Under the pieces are notes generated by a model, which searched no databases, was not told the origin of the DNA, and saw nothing but the letters and a program-made list of their open reading frames with translations. Shown here piece after piece: positions 39,416 through 51,044 of a stretch of 64,000 nt of DNA (position 1 is the stretch's first letter; each line of letters begins with the position of its first letter). Origin of the DNA: an uncultured Phycisphaerales bacterium (GTDB lineage: Bacteria > Planctomycetota > Phycisphaerae > Tepidisphaerales > Tepidisphaeraceae); the NCBI GenBank assembly GCA_963758525.1, contig CAVWVQ010000003.1, positions 4,704,001 to 4,768,000 on the forward strand, in the 5' to 3' direction. The translations under genes were made by a program, and so were the position numbers.

Positions 39416-41806
39416 ATGACGGAAACGCAGCGGAATCTCCTCCTTGCCGTGTTCCTGGCGCTGGTCGTGCTTAGGTCGGCCGCCGCGCAAGGCGGCGACG
39501 CCAAACTCACGGACTCCGCGGCCCTCGACACCGTCGTCCTCGGAGATGCCAGCTCGGAGCACGAGCACGGTGTGACGTTCGAACAGAGCGACGTGATCCG
39601 CGGGGGGTTGGGTGAGCCGGCGCGGCGGCTGCTGCCGCGCGAGCCCGTCTCGTTCGAGGGTGGCACGGTCTCCTTCACGCTGAAGGTCGACCCGCGGCGG
39701 CAGAATTACGTGACGGTCAAACTCTGGGGCTCGGACAAGGGCGCGGTCCTCGGAAGGCTCGTGCTTTTCGCCGATGGGCTGCAGGTCGGATACCGCCGCG
39801 AGGCCGACTACGACGTGCTGAACCAGGCCGACGACGAGGATGAATGTCCAGGGGGGTTTCTGTATCAGACCGTGCCGCTGCCTGGGGCCTTGACGCATGA
39901 CAAGTCGAGCATCGATCTGAAGATCATCTCGCTGGGCTCGATGTGGTATTACGGGACGACGTTTGCTCAGTACCAGAAGGATTTGAAGGAGCCGACGCGC
40001 GGGATCTACCGCGTTTACACCCACACCGCGACGCGGTTCGTGCCAGACGCATCGGAGCGGCAGGGTGCGTGCGAGCCACGGGGCGTGCGGCCCGGGCCGG
40101 GCGAGGAGGTCATCGCCCAATCGAAGCGGTTGGTGGACGGGCGGTTGGCGAAGTCGCTGGCGGTGCCGCCGGGAGCCCTTTCGAGCGATCCTAACAAAGG
40201 TCGGTTCGCGCGGATGCTGCTGCTGTCCGAAGCATACAACACGCCGTGGACCACGGCATACCACGACGCGCGGGCGATCGCCCAGATCGTCAATGACGGC
40301 GACGCGATCGCGGCCGACGCGGCGCGTGATCCGCACTTCGTCGCCGAGGACTGGTCCGGGGCCGGGCCGATGGGCGAGGCGGTGATGCGGGTCTGGCCGG
40401 CGATCGGAAAGCGAATGGGCGAATCGGTCGAGGGAGACTCCCCGGACAAGGAGGCGCGCGGCCGGGCGTGGGCAAACGCGCCTGCGCGCGAGCGTCGACT
40501 ACTGGCGGACGCATCGCCGCGATTACACGAATCAGTCAATGATCGTCGACCGCAACATCTACACTGCCAACCGCGCGCTGCAACTGATCGACGCGAGCCG
40601 GGCACTTCCCGAGTCGAAGGCGCTGCGGTACGTGGAGGAGGCGGTCGGCATCGAACCGTGGCTGGGCAGCGACCCGCTCGACGGCGGCGCCGTCGGAGGT
40701 TCTGTCGAGGACGCCCCCGGCAAGGGGATGCCCAAGCCATTCGGTACGCACTATTACCTCGTGACGCGCAAGGGCCTGACGCGCGAACTCGGCTGGGTGG
40801 GCACTTACGGCGAGACGATTCTCCACTTCACGCACGACATCGCTATCCTGACCGGCGATGAGCGCATCCGCGAGCAGCTCCGCAAGCTCGAGTTGGCGCG
40901 GATGTATTTCCGCTACCCCGGCGTCGATGCCGACGGCTACCGTTGCATGAAACTCGCCAGCGAGATCGATAACCGCACGGCCCATTACCCGCTGTCCGGC
41001 GCGGCCTACACGGCGCCGGGCATCCGCGAGGAGTGGTGGATGGACGTGCCGGCCCTGCTTGCTGATGACCCGGTCTCGATTGCGCGGCTTTCCAGGCGCT
41101 CGCAGACCACCAGTACTTCGCCTACGTCGAAGGCCGCCTCAGCGATCCCGACATGCTGGGGATGATGCGGAACGTCGATGAGTATGCAAAGGTGAAGACG
41201 CTGCCGCCAAGCGCGTACCGCCTGCCGATGACTGATGGCCAGCCCGACTTTGCCTTCGCCGACGAGGAGGATGCCGTGCTGGCGGTGAAACACGGCGACA
41301 CGCGGCTTTTCGTCAACCTCTACTACCGCGCCGAGCGCGGTGTGAACGGCGTAGCGCGGCTCCTGGAGGTCACGCCGACGATCACCCGCATCGCGACGGT
41401 GCGCACGGACTTCCAAGTCGTCTCCAGCGGCCAGACGTATGCACGGCCGGACTGGATCGACGCGATACGCAATCCCGGTCATCCGCCGCCGGGCGAGGTG
41501 CTGCACCAGGCCTGGGCCGGGGAAAAGCTACCGATCGCGGCCCGCCCTGCCGACGCAATGCTCCCAAAGTACGGCGATTGGGGCCCGTTCGTCGGCAAGG
41601 CATCGTTTTACCGGCTGCGCTACGGCGACTATCTGATCGGGATGAACTGCAGTGAGGAGAACACCTACAAGCTGGACGTTCCCACAGGCCGCGGGAAAGC
41701 GCTGGACCTTGTGTCCGGCAAGGTTCTCGCGCTCGACCGGCCTGTGCGGGTCGGCCCCCTTTCGACACTCGTACTTTATCTGCCGGAACGCACGGGGGGA
41801 CGATGA
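39416..41806 (+). CDS. Large secreted hypothetical protein (probably carbohydrate-active); frameshifts near 40480 and 41090-41150
   Basis: Signal peptide; three consecutive overlapping ORFs give one coherent protein. Confidence 0.55.
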
Positions 41807-41874
41807 AACCACGAAATTCCTTGTTCGCTGCGGTACGATTTCACGTGTTCTCAATTTAGTATGGGAGCCACACA

Positions 41875-42774
41875 ATGACTTATCGCCGCGACCAATACCA
41901 ATCATGCAGCGAGCACTATTCCGCGCGGTTCAGCCTCCCTGCGTTGAGCAGGCGCAACGGGGGATTTACGCTCGTTGAACCGCTGGGCGTCATCGGGATG
42001 ATCGCACTGCTTGTGGGGATACTTCTGCCGGCCCTGGCCACCGCCAGACAAGATGGCCAGCAGGTTGCCTGCATGAGCAATCTCCGACAGATTGGGCAGG
42101 CGATGACGATGTACGCCGGAGATTTCAAAGGGTCTTTCCCGCCGCTCTGGACCGCGTACGACGGCGGCGTTCATATGGTATACCCCGGCCTCTGGGGGGC
42201 ACTAGAGAATTATGGGATCCCCCACAGCAGCAGCGTGCGCGTCTGTCCGACGGTCGCGGGACTTCTTTCGCCGCCCGATGTCTTCAACGGGGCTGATCCG
42301 ACGGCACTCTATAGCTACCGGTACAACATTATCGTGGGAGGGCAGGCACAATGCGGGAGCTTTCCCGGCCCCACCACATCCGGCATCTACCAAGTCGCAC
42401 GGCCCTTGAAGTTTACGGACATCCAGGGCCGCTTTGGAAATTCGGTCGCGATCGTTGTTGACTTCGCTCAGTTGTATTTCGAGGAAGCGCAGAACCTGAA
42501 CGGGTCTACCGTCGCCAACCAGAAGAACTACTGGTGGCGGCCCCAGACGGCAGGCACCACGCCGGACAAGGTCCTCACTACCGGCGGCGGACATCCGAGC
42601 ATTCACGACAACTCCGTCGTCCATTTCGCCAAGATCAACTCCCTTGGACAGGAATATGGGAAGAACAACGTTCTTTTTGTCGACGGCTCCGTTCAGCCAA
42701 TCGACCTGACCATCACCAGCACTTTTGGGTCGATCTGGACTGGCACCACGCCGACCCCGGAGCAAAGCCCGTAG
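41875..42774 (+). CDS. DUF1559-like prepilin-type protein with C-terminal H-X9-DG-like motif
   Basis: '[29 protein letters not shown]...CMSNLRQIG' and 'NVLFVDGSV'. Confidence 0.85.
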   Translation: MTYRRDQYQSCSEHYSARFSLPALSRRNGGFTLVEPLGVIGMIALLVGILLPALATARQDGQQVACMSNLRQIGQAMTMYAGDFKGSFPPLWTAYDGGVHMVYPGLWGALENYGIPHSSSVRVCPTVAGLLSPPDVFNGADPTALYSYRYNIIVGGQAQCGSFPGPTTSGIYQVARPLKFTDIQGRFGNSVAIVVDFAQLYFEEAQNLNGSTVANQKNYWWRPQTAGTTPDKVLTTGGGHPSIHDNSVVHFAKINSLGQEYGKNNVLFVDGSVQPIDLTITSTFGSIWTGTTPTPEQSP

Positions 42775-43312
42775 CAAACCAAAGTCAGGCACACGACGCC
42801 TGAAGACTGGAGGACCTGCTTTGCGACTCAAACGAGCTCTCAATCGTAATGCGGCAGTGGCAAGCACGATCGCCGGTGCGGTGATTGCGCTGGGCGGTTT
42901 CCTCATCATCCGCCAGGTCGCGAGTGGTGAAAACTCCGGAGCCAAGGCATTCTTCAGCACCGACGACGGGAAGACCTGGTTTACCGACGAAATGACCAAG
43001 CCGTTCCCATTTGATCACCACGGCGCGCCGGCGTATCGCGTCCAAGTTTTCCGATGCGGGAACGGGCCACCCTTTGCAGGCTTCCTTGAGTGCCTGCCGA
43101 GCGAGCTGATTGCCCGAGTGAACTCCGCGGGATCGAGCTGGCAGGCGCACTATGCGGTGCTGCTATCCGTTTCAGACGAGATTCTGGTGAAAAGGCCAGG
43201 CGATTCCGATTGGACAAAGCCAGGACAGAAGAAAGAGTATAAGAGGATCACCAAGCCCGTCTGCCCCGACGGCACCAAGCAGGAAGTGACGCCGGTCAAT
43301 CCAAATCAATAG
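42725..43312 (+). CDS. Membrane-anchored hypothetical protein (start uncertain)
   Basis: One TM helix; '[12 protein letters not shown]...PFDHHG...VKRPGDSDW...PVCPDG'. Confidence 0.6.
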   Translation: MGRSGLAPRRPRSKARSKPKSGTRRLKTGGPALRLKRALNRNAAVASTIAGAVIALGGFLIIRQVASGENSGAKAFFSTDDGKTWFTDEMTKPFPFDHHGAPAYRVQVFRCGNGPPFAGFLECLPSELIARVNSAGSSWQAHYAVLLSVSDEILVKRPGDSDWTKPGQKKEYKRITKPVCPDGTKQEVTPVNPNQ

Positions 43313-43326
43313 TATGACTGGCGAAA

Positions 43327-44373
43327 TTACGTCTTCACCACCGGCTCGCGAATATTCACCCAGGTGTGCACGTGGGGGGCGCCGCGGAAGTACCAGATCA
43401 TGGAGGGGCCTTCGACTTGCCAGAGGTCCCACACGCCGTCGTTGCCGATGTCGTCGTTTTTGAAGAAGGAGAGGTGAAGCTGATCGAATCCGCCGTCTTC
43501 GATCAGCTTCATGGCCTTGTCACTGTCGGCCTTGCGGAAGGGGGCCAGCAGATCGGCCATCACCTCGCGCATGAGTCCCTTCTGATCGTGTGCGAGATCT
43601 GCCACGGGCATTCCCCGGATCTCGCTTCCAGAGGCGCTCAAAGCGACGGTTTTCGTCCCCTGTTCGCGGCGCGGGTCGTTGCGAAGGGCAATGGCGCGCT
43701 GCTTGCCATCCAGAGCCTGATAGAGGGCATTGGCGCGAAGTGCCTGATACCAGTAGATATTGCCGGGGTGCTTGGCGGATTCATCGAATCCCTCTGCGGC
43801 GTGACCGTAAAAGATCGGCCCGCCAAACGCCACGCCTTTAACGGAGTTCCCATCGCAACGGCGGGTCACGTGCCGCCCGGTCAGGACAAATTCAAAGTCT
43901 GACTCGCCGGGCTTCCCGAAGACGGCCACGGCACAACCTCCGAACCCGCCGACTTCTTCATTGTCGTGTTCGACCTGTTTCATCACCTGCGGGGCATACT
44001 CCTCGCTGTGCATGTCGAGAAAAATCTGCCGGACCATTGCCTGCTGGTCGGGCGTCAGTAACTTCGCGATGCTTTTCCCAGTGATCATCCAGTTGTTGTT
44101 CACCTTGCTTCGAAGCGGATCGTCAAAGCCGAACGCGATCGATTGCCTCTGATCCCCGGTGAGCGTTTTGTAAAACGTCTGCACCAGCGTCTCGGCCTCC
44201 GATCCCCCGTCCGGGGCGGTCGTGAGAGACTGCGCGGGAATGCCCGCCAGCAATCTCGCCGGGCGGGCCAGGGTTGCCGCTGCTGCCATGCCGATGCCGG
44301 CGCGGATCACCGCGCGGCGCGTCGGGGCGCAGTCGGGACAGGAACGCTCAGATTGGTCTTTGTCTGGTTGCAT
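43327..44373 (-). CDS. Tat-exported DUF3500-like protein
   Basis: 'TRRAVI' twin-arginine signal; 'TGRHVTRRCDG...GGPIFYGH'; 'WQVEGPSMIWYFRGAPHVH'. Confidence 0.65.
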   Translation of the reverse strand: MQPDKDQSERSCPDCAPTRRAVIRAGIGMAAAATLARPARLLAGIPAQSLTTAPDGGSEAETLVQTFYKTLTGDQRQSIAFGFDDPLRSKVNNNWMITGKSIAKLLTPDQQAMVRQIFLDMHSEEYAPQVMKQVEHDNEEVGGFGGCAVAVFGKPGESDFEFVLTGRHVTRRCDGNSVKGVAFGGPIFYGHAAEGFDESAKHPGNIYWYQALRANALYQALDGKQRAIALRNDPRREQGTKTVALSASGSEIRGMPVADLAHDQKGLMREVMADLLAPFRKADSDKAMKLIEDGGFDQLHLSFFKNDDIGNDGVWDLWQVEGPSMIWYFRGAPHVHTWVNIREPVVKT

Positions 44374-44706
44374 CGAGTCCTCGGTTCGTTTCTGCTTATT
44401 CTAACCATCGGGCGCCCCGTTGCGTTGCCGTCGCTGCGGAAATTTACTGGCGGATATTAGTTGCGGCACCGGAGTCATCGTCGGTCGAAATTCTTCGCCT
44501 TCCTCGTCCTTCCACCCGCACTCACGATAAATGTGGAATCTGCAAGGCGAACATGGATAATTCACATTGACCGAACCATTGCGATATGCGGCGTCGCGCC
44601 TTCATCTGTTCCCCAAGGGCGCTGGAAATCGAGGAGACACTTGGACTGAATTGCTATTTTCGTGTCTTTTGCGTTTTTTTTTGTGGCCACTCCCTTCTGA
44701 ATTTAT

Positions 44707-47700
44707 TTGAGGCTGCCTATGCGGTTCACAGCCTGGTGCGTATCTGCGATCGCGTCGCTGTTGACTTCCTCCGCCTTTGGAGACGGCGCTCCCGCTCGCG
44801 GGTGGGTGGATTTGGGGGGATCGACGTTTGAGAACTGGTCGGGCGTCACGCCTGCACCGGACGGTTCCGCGAGCTTTGCGGTTCCGGGAAGCGCCGCATT
44901 CAGATTTCCCGACGGTCCGCGCGGGTTCTACAACCATGGCTTTCGCATCGAGAACGACGGCACTGTCGATTTCAAGCCGTACTTTGGCGTCCGTTGTGAA
45001 GTGCGGTTGCCAGACGTGCGCCAGGCGGAGTTGACCTTCGGCGTCTTCGAAGCCCGCCCCAAGAAGGCGGACCGTGAACAATCGGCGGTCATGCACGTGA
45101 TCGGCCAAGGGTGGCACACGATCACGCTGCCATGGTCAGCCCTGCAGTTTCCCCAGGCGGGCGAGGGGTTCCTGAAGTATGGCAAAGGGGTCAAGATCGA
45201 AGCGGCATTTTCGGATGGTTCTGGCAACGGGCAAATCGCCATCCGAAATGTTCGGCTGATCAAAGCGCCGACGGTTGCGATCGAGTCGGTGATTCGCGGG
45301 AAGAGCGCGCCGTCGGGGCAGACGGCCGAGTATTCCGTCCAGCTCACCAACTGCACGGATCAGCCGCAATCCGTCGCGCTGTCGATGGTGAAATACGGAT
45401 GGGAGTCGATGACCGCGGCGGTGGAGCCGCAGTCGCTTCAACTGGCTCCGGGTGAAATGCAGACGATCAGGCTACGGGTGACCGTCAGCCCGCGCGTCCC
45501 TCCCGGCGGCCACGAACGCCAGGTGCTTCTGGCGACGGCCAATGGTGATGGAAGCACCTCAAGAGAACTGTCGTTCATCACCACATGCGAGTTGCCGCAT
45601 CCCTACGTCCTGCATACGGCGGCGCGTTGGGGCGAGGTGCGCGCGAAGGTTGCGCGGTTCGCCTGGGCGAAGGATGCGCAGGAGGGTTACCTCGCGGCGG
45701 CGGCAAAGTGGATTGTGCCGGAGGTCGCGAAGCCTCCCAAGAATGACCCCGATGACAATTTCGGCCCATTCCTGTTTGCGACGGGCAATGAGAATGATTT
45801 GCTGGCGTGCGCCTACTCCTACGAGCTGACGGGCAATCAGAAATATGCCGAGAAGGTCGCGACCTTTCTGCGGCGGCTTTCCAATCCCGTCGACGGCTAT
45901 CCGAAAACATTTCGCGCCTGTAATCAGAGCCTTGTGCAGGAGGGGCACTTTTTCCAGCACATCGCGATGTGTTACGACATCATTCTGAGTTCGGGCGCGT
46001 TAAGCGACGCCGATCGCGCCCAGATCGATGCGACACTTCGGCTGCTGATGGAAACGATGGACCGCGAGAACCAAAACGGCGCGATCAGCAATTGGAATCT
46101 CTCGGAAGTCACCGGAGCTTTCTACTGTGCTCTGACATTGCAGGATCTTGCCAGTGCCGAGCGATTCTTCTCCGGTCCCGGCGGGATCGTCGATCAGCTG
46201 GCGAAGGGAACGATGGACGACGGGTGGTGGTATGAATGTTCGATCAGTTACAACCTGTGGTGCGCCAGTGAATTCACTCAGGCCGCGATCGCTTATCAGC
46301 CGTTTGGGGTGAATTTCAAAGACATGTGGGTGCCGGCAAGCTATGCCCCCGCCGCCCTGCTGCGATCGGAGCTCAATGGAGGCAACGCGGTCATCAGCCC
46401 CGATCCCGCGATGAAGGACAAACCGTTTGGCATGGATCCGAGCTTGTACGGGCCGACGCTGCGACCGTATCGGACGATCACCGATCTTTGGAACAGCATG
46501 CTGCCGTTTATCGACTATCGCGGCGTGATGTTTGGCGTGAATGATTCGGCGGAAAACAACGTCACGGGCGGCCGCAAGGAAGTGAGCGGCCAGCCATTCG
46601 AGCTCGCGTACTACGCGTTTCACGACCCGAGATATGCGACGCTGATCAAGCTCGGGGACGGCAAGCGCGATCTTCTCTATGCCGTCCCGGACCTGCCCGA
46701 AAAGACCCCCGAGCAATATCGCGACAATGCGTACGCCGACAACGTCGGGCTGGTGATGCTGCGCTCGCAGACCGAAAGCCGCCCAATCCGCGAGCAGATC
46801 CAGGCGGTGCTTCACTACGGCACGCACGGCTGGGCGCACGGCCACTACGACCGAACCGATCTGCTCTCGCTCATGCGCTATGGCCGAAGCTTTTGGAATC
46901 CCGAATCAGTTTTCTATGTGTATGAACCATTCATGTACAAGTTTTTCACGCAGACATCCGTGAACCACAACATGGTCGTGGTGGATCAAAAGATGCAGGA
47001 AGCCACCCCCGGCCGGCGGCTGTTATTCCACGGCGGCAAACTGATGCAGGCGACCGTCGTGGAGGACGTCGCGCGCTGGTCGAATCCGCCGTACGGCGGG
47101 ATGGTCTATGACTACGTGCCCGTGAAATCGTTCGCGGAGAAAACCTGGCGCGAGGGGCGGTACGTTCCGATTCCCGCAAATCCGCCCGCCTACGGGACGA
47201 TGACCGACTTCACAGAGCCGATTCTCCAGCGCCGGCTGATGATCGTCACCGACGACTACGTCGTGCTTGCCGATTACGTAAAGGGGGACAAGCCGCACAC
47301 CTTTGACGACCTCCTGCAGCTCAAGGGATTCCAAAGTCTCGACGCGACGGGGAAAACATTCCTGCGGCACGATGCGCAGTGGACGACCGATGCGCTCAGC
47401 AGCGGGCAATTCGTGACGGACTGCAACTGGTTTAGTGCGGCTGCCCCGAGCGTTGCCCGATTTGAGGAGCGATGGGGAAAGGGCGCCGACGAGGAAGGAA
47501 GCCGATCGGTTGGCAATGAGCCCGGCGTCCTCAAGCTCGACGTGCATACGCTCTGGCCGCCGGTGCAGCAGATCATGGTGGCGACCGCGCCGGAGCAGCA
47601 CGACGTCGAGAAGCGGCTTTTTTACACGGTGCGCGGCGACGGCAAAACGCTGGCCGAGGGGAAGTTTGGCGCGTGGATTTTGGGCGAGGGCGACGTCGAC

Positions 47701-48300
47701 GTGCCGCTGAAGGGAGTCAAGGAACTGGAGCTGCAAACCAGGACCGAGTTGTCCAGGCGGCCGACTCTCTTCTGGGCCGGCGGCGTCATCACCACCCAGG
47801 ACGGCAAGGAGATTCCTCTCTCGCAATTGCCGTTGAAATATGAAAACGTGACGCCTGCCAAGAGCCCCGGCGCCGACTATCTCGGCGGCCCGGTGAAGAT
47901 CGCGGGCAACGCCTATGCCGACGCGGTTCCCGCCGAGCCGAAGGATGCCACGCTTCCCGGCCGGGTGCTCGTGGATCTGTCGGGAATTTCAGCCGTGCGG
48001 TTCAAGACCGTCGTCGGCAGCGATTATCCGCCGGGCGACGAGTCGCAGCGGCGAAAGACCTATGCCGTTCGCGCCCAGGGAACCAGCGCGCTGTTTGTCA
48101 CGATCATCGAGCCCTACGAGCAGACGCCGGTGATCCGCTCGGCCGTCGCGACGGCGGCCGATCATCTGCGCGTCGAATTGCAGGATGGAAGGGTTCAGGA
48201 GATCGAAATTCAGAACATGGAGGGAGACGGACACGATATCGCCGTCAAGCTGATCGACGCGCGAGGCGGAAATACTCGCAGCGAATTGGCAGCCGAATGA
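44707..48300 (+). CDS. Secreted alginate-lyase/heparinase II/III-like protein
   Basis: Signal peptide; Ig-like domain; 'ISNW', 'DDGWWYECSISYN', 'HGWAHGHYD', 'NHNMVVVD'. Confidence 0.7.
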   Translation: MRLPMRFTAWCVSAIASLLTSSAFGDGAPARGWVDLGGSTFENWSGVTPAPDGSASFAVPGSAAFRFPDGPRGFYNHGFRIENDGTVDFKPYFGVRCEVRLPDVRQAELTFGVFEARPKKADREQSAVMHVIGQGWHTITLPWSALQFPQAGEGFLKYGKGVKIEAAFSDGSGNGQIAIRNVRLIKAPTVAIESVIRGKSAPSGQTAEYSVQLTNCTDQPQSVALSMVKYGWESMTAAVEPQSLQLAPGEMQTIRLRVTVSPRVPPGGHERQVLLATANGDGSTSRELSFITTCELPHPYVLHTAARWGEVRAKVARFAWAKDAQEGYLAAAAKWIVPEVAKPPKNDPDDNFGPFLFATGNENDLLACAYSYELTGNQKYAEKVATFLRRLSNPVDGYPKTFRACNQSLVQEGHFFQHIAMCYDIILSSGALSDADRAQIDATLRLLMETMDRENQNGAISNWNLSEVTGAFYCALTLQDLASAERFFSGPGGIVDQLAKGTMDDGWWYECSISYNLWCASEFTQAAIAYQPFGVNFKDMWVPASYAPAALLRSELNGGNAVISPDPAMKDKPFGMDPSLYGPTLRPYRTITDLWNSMLPFIDYRGVMFGVNDSAENNVTGGRKEVSGQPFELAYYAFHDPRYATLIKLGDGKRDLLYAVPDLPEKTPEQYRDNAYADNVGLVMLRSQTESRPIREQIQAVLHYGTHGWAHGHYDRTDLLSLMRYGRSFWNPESVFYVYEPFMYKFFTQTSVNHNMVVVDQKMQEATPGRRLLFHGGKLMQATVVEDVARWSNPPYGGMVYDYVPVKSFAEKTWREGRYVPIPANPPAYGTMTDFTEPILQRRLMIVTDDYVVLADYVKGDKPHTFDDLLQLKGFQSLDATGKTFLRHDAQWTTDALSSGQFVTDCNWFSAAAPSVARFEERWGKGADEEGSRSVGNEPGVLKLDVHTLWPPVQQIMVATAPEQHDVEKRLFYTVRGDGKTLAEGKFGAWILGEGDVDVPLKGVKELELQTRTELSRRPTLFWAGGVITTQDGKEIPLSQLPLKYENVTPAKSPGADYLGGPVKIAGNAYADAVPAEPKDATLPGRVLVDLSGISAVRFKTVVGSDYPPGDESQRRKTYAVRAQGTSALFVTIIEPYEQTPVIRSAVATAADHLRVELQDGRVQEIEIQNMEGDGHDIAVKLIDARGGNTRSELAAE

Positions 48301-48600
48301 AAGACGCAGATGCCGCGGCGTCCGCAATTTGACCCTGCCCGGGATTGACTAAATCGGTCACATTTGGAGATAATTGAGCAGGCGTATTGTGATCTGAAAA
48401 CATCGGCTAATTTATCGGTCTTTTGCGGTCGTCAGCAGGCCAGGCATCTTCGGGCTTCATGCCCCTTGTGCTGCGGCTGTGGTTTGGAATGCGACTTTCC
48501 CATCTGTCGATTTAGCTCGTCGGGCAGTACATTGACCAGCCGTGCAGTTTAAGACATATAATGCTCGAAACTCGGGCGACAAAGCTCAACAAAGGGCCAT

Positions 48601-48972
48601 ATGACACGTGATTTCAATCGTGGCGAACCGCTTCCGCGTCGGCATGGACTTCCGCCCACAGGAAATTCCCTGAACCGGCCGCAACGGCCCGGTCGTCCCA
48701 TCCGGCCGCGCCCAAGCGCACCGCCAAAGCGCGCGAAGGGGCCGGCAGTCATCCCCGCGGAGGTGCCGACGAGCAACAAGCAGCGTCGGCGCATGCTGAA
48801 GGCGGCTGCGGGACGGCTGGCGGCGCTGGTACACACCACGCCCGCTTCAATCCTGGCCGCGGATGCCGAGACGCTCAAGGTCATGCTTCACAAGCTGGTC
48901 AGCGGCCCGGTTCGCGACAGCCGGTTTGGCGACGCGCAACGCCTTGCCAAGAAGATCATTCGACTGCGATGA
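48601..48972 (+). CDS. Basic hypothetical protein
   Basis: ATG-started ORF with a helical C-terminal half. Confidence 0.45.
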   Translation: MTRDFNRGEPLPRRHGLPPTGNSLNRPQRPGRPIRPRPSAPPKRAKGPAVIPAEVPTSNKQRRRMLKAAAGRLAALVHTTPASILAADAETLKVMLHKLVSGPVRDSRFGDAQRLAKKIIRLR

Positions 48973-49114
48973 ATGCCACAGCGCGGCAGTGCAGCCCGCC
49001 AGCCCGTCCTGTTACAGGCCGCTTAAACGCTTGGCGCGAATCGGTTGCGTGTTGAGGCGCGGTCTGAAGCAGCAGACGTGTTTCTCGCGCCGCATCGAGG
49101 CAGACTTCTGTTCA

Positions 49115-49277
49115 GAGCCCGTTTCTGAACCCTAAGGCGTTCCGTCACCTGTTTAGCCGTGCCGCGCAGCGAAGCGCGTCCGAGAGCGCGTACTGACAGA
49201 TTGCGTCAAACTGGCGGAAAACGCCGCTGGACGCGCTTCGCTGCGCGGCGCGGCTAAACAGGTTCTGAAACCGCCTC
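49115..49277. mobile_element. 163-bp MITE with IS5 (IS1031-like) ends (copy 2)
   Basis: Imperfect TIRs GAGCCCGTTTCTGAACC / GGTTCTGAAACCGCCTC; TCA direct repeats at 49112-49114 and 49278-49280; same internal inverted repeat as 33743-33885, in opposite orientation. Confidence 0.75.
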
Positions 49278-49429
49278 TCAGCCAGCGGGCGTGGTACACG
49301 CTTGGGCACCAGGATTGCAGAGGTGCCGTGCGGTGTGTGAAGGTCAACCGCTTTACGTGGTGCAAGCCGACTGACAACGCGTACCACATTCCCAGGAGCT
49401 TCGCGGTCGGGAAGCATTTGGGCAGCGCC

Positions 49430-49573
49430 TGGCGGATGATCCGCAAAAGCACATCGTACGACCTCGCCCTTCGATTCGATCATTCCTTTTCCCTCCGTGA
49501 AATCGTCAAGGCAGATGAACTGTTTGGCAGCCGCAAAGACGGCGTGTTGAACGTTGCGGTGCGCCCTGAATAG
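49430..49573 (+). pseudogene. C-terminal remnant of a Zn-dependent alcohol dehydrogenase
   Basis: 'HSFSLREIVKADELFGSRKDGVLNVAVRP' resembles the ADH ending TH.F.L..I..AY.LF....DGVLKVA..P. Confidence 0.5.
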
Positions 49574-49759
49574 GAGATCCACCTACGCAACCCCCGAATT
49601 ATGCCTGCTGGAGAATTGTGAGAGCCCCTGATTCACGGCGTCGTGGGGTTCGACAATGATCGTATTCAGAGGGAGCTGCTAATCAGCAGGCTGTAATGAC
49701 CCCTTCTGCGCTTCCGCATCGGGTCCCTGTGCAAATGGACTCGCGATAGAGAGTATTTT

Positions 49760-51044
49760 ATGAGCATTAACAGAGTGCAGCGGGTTGCGGTCATCGGCGC
49801 CGGGCCCATCGGTCTGGAGGCGGCGCTGGAAGCGCGGCTGGCCGGTCTCGATGTTGTCGTAATGGACACCAAGGCAGTTGGCGCCAATGTTTCGGCGTGG
49901 GGATTCGTCGAAATGTTCACGCCATGGGTGCTCAACACCACTCCGCTCGGCCGAGCTGCGGCAGGCGATTCGCCGATCCTCTCGTCGCCGGACCTCACAC
50001 CCACGGGCAACGAATTTGTCGATCGCTACCTGTGGCCGCTATCACAATGCGATGCTCTGCAGGGGTGCATAGACACTGGCGTGCGCGTTTTCGCCGTGGG
50101 TGCGGACGTCGCGTCGAACGGCGGGGACTCTTCGCCTGAATCTGGCTGCGGGAGCGGGCGCCCGCGGTTCAACTTGCTGGTTTCCGACCGATTCGGTGTC
50201 GATCAAAAGGACCACGCCGATGTCGTGCTGGATTGTTCGGGAACCTATGGCCACTCCCGTTGGACCGGCAGGGGAGGAATTCCCGCCATGGGAGAATTGG
50301 GTGTCAAGGAGAGCATTTGGTACGCCGTTCCCGACGTGCTCGGCAACGATCGTGCCCGCTTTGCCGATCGCCATACGCTGCTGATCGGCACCGGCACTTC
50401 GGCTGCCACGATTCTGATGAATCTGGCACGGTTGGTCGATATCGCGCCGCAGACTCGCGTCACCTGGGTGTTTCATCGTTGGGGGAAGTTGCTTAAGCAA
50501 CTCGATGAGGATCCGCTGCGCCCGCCGCCTGCTTGGAGAGAAGACATTGCGTCTGACGGCCTCGCCGCCGGCATGGCTGACATTGATCGAGGGCGCCGAA
50601 GTGGAAAGAATCTCCGGCGAACGGGGAATGGTCGTGGGGCTTCGGCTGGGAAATCAGCAGCTGCGCTGCCAGGCAGATGAAATCATCGCGGCCGTGGGAT
50701 ACCGGCCCGACGGTGAAATCTTTGCTCCTCTGGGCAGTCATCCCAGCTACGCCAGCGCTGTTGAAACGTACGACTCCGTCGAGACCGAACTGCTCGCGCA
50801 CTCTCCGGCCGTCGGCTCGTCCGGCGAGGGGGAACGTGTCGTTACCGTCGTGCCCGGCTGTTACGTTCTGGCGCAAAGAGCTACGGGAATAACAGCAATT
50901 TCCTGTTGCGCAGGCCATCGGCAGGTGCGAGATGCGTTGCGGGCTATTTTGGGCCAGGGCATCATGCCTCATCGGAGCCCTCCGCTTCATTTTTGCAGGA
51001 GCTTCGTAAATGCCATCAAAGCTGGACCACGTCACAGCCAATGA
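49760..51044 (+). CDS. FAD-dependent oxidoreductase/monooxygenase (frameshift near 50520)
   Basis: 'VIGAGPIGLEAA', 'VLDCSGTY', 'LIGTGTSA'; 'ADEIIAAVGYRPD' in the second frame. Confidence 0.7.
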
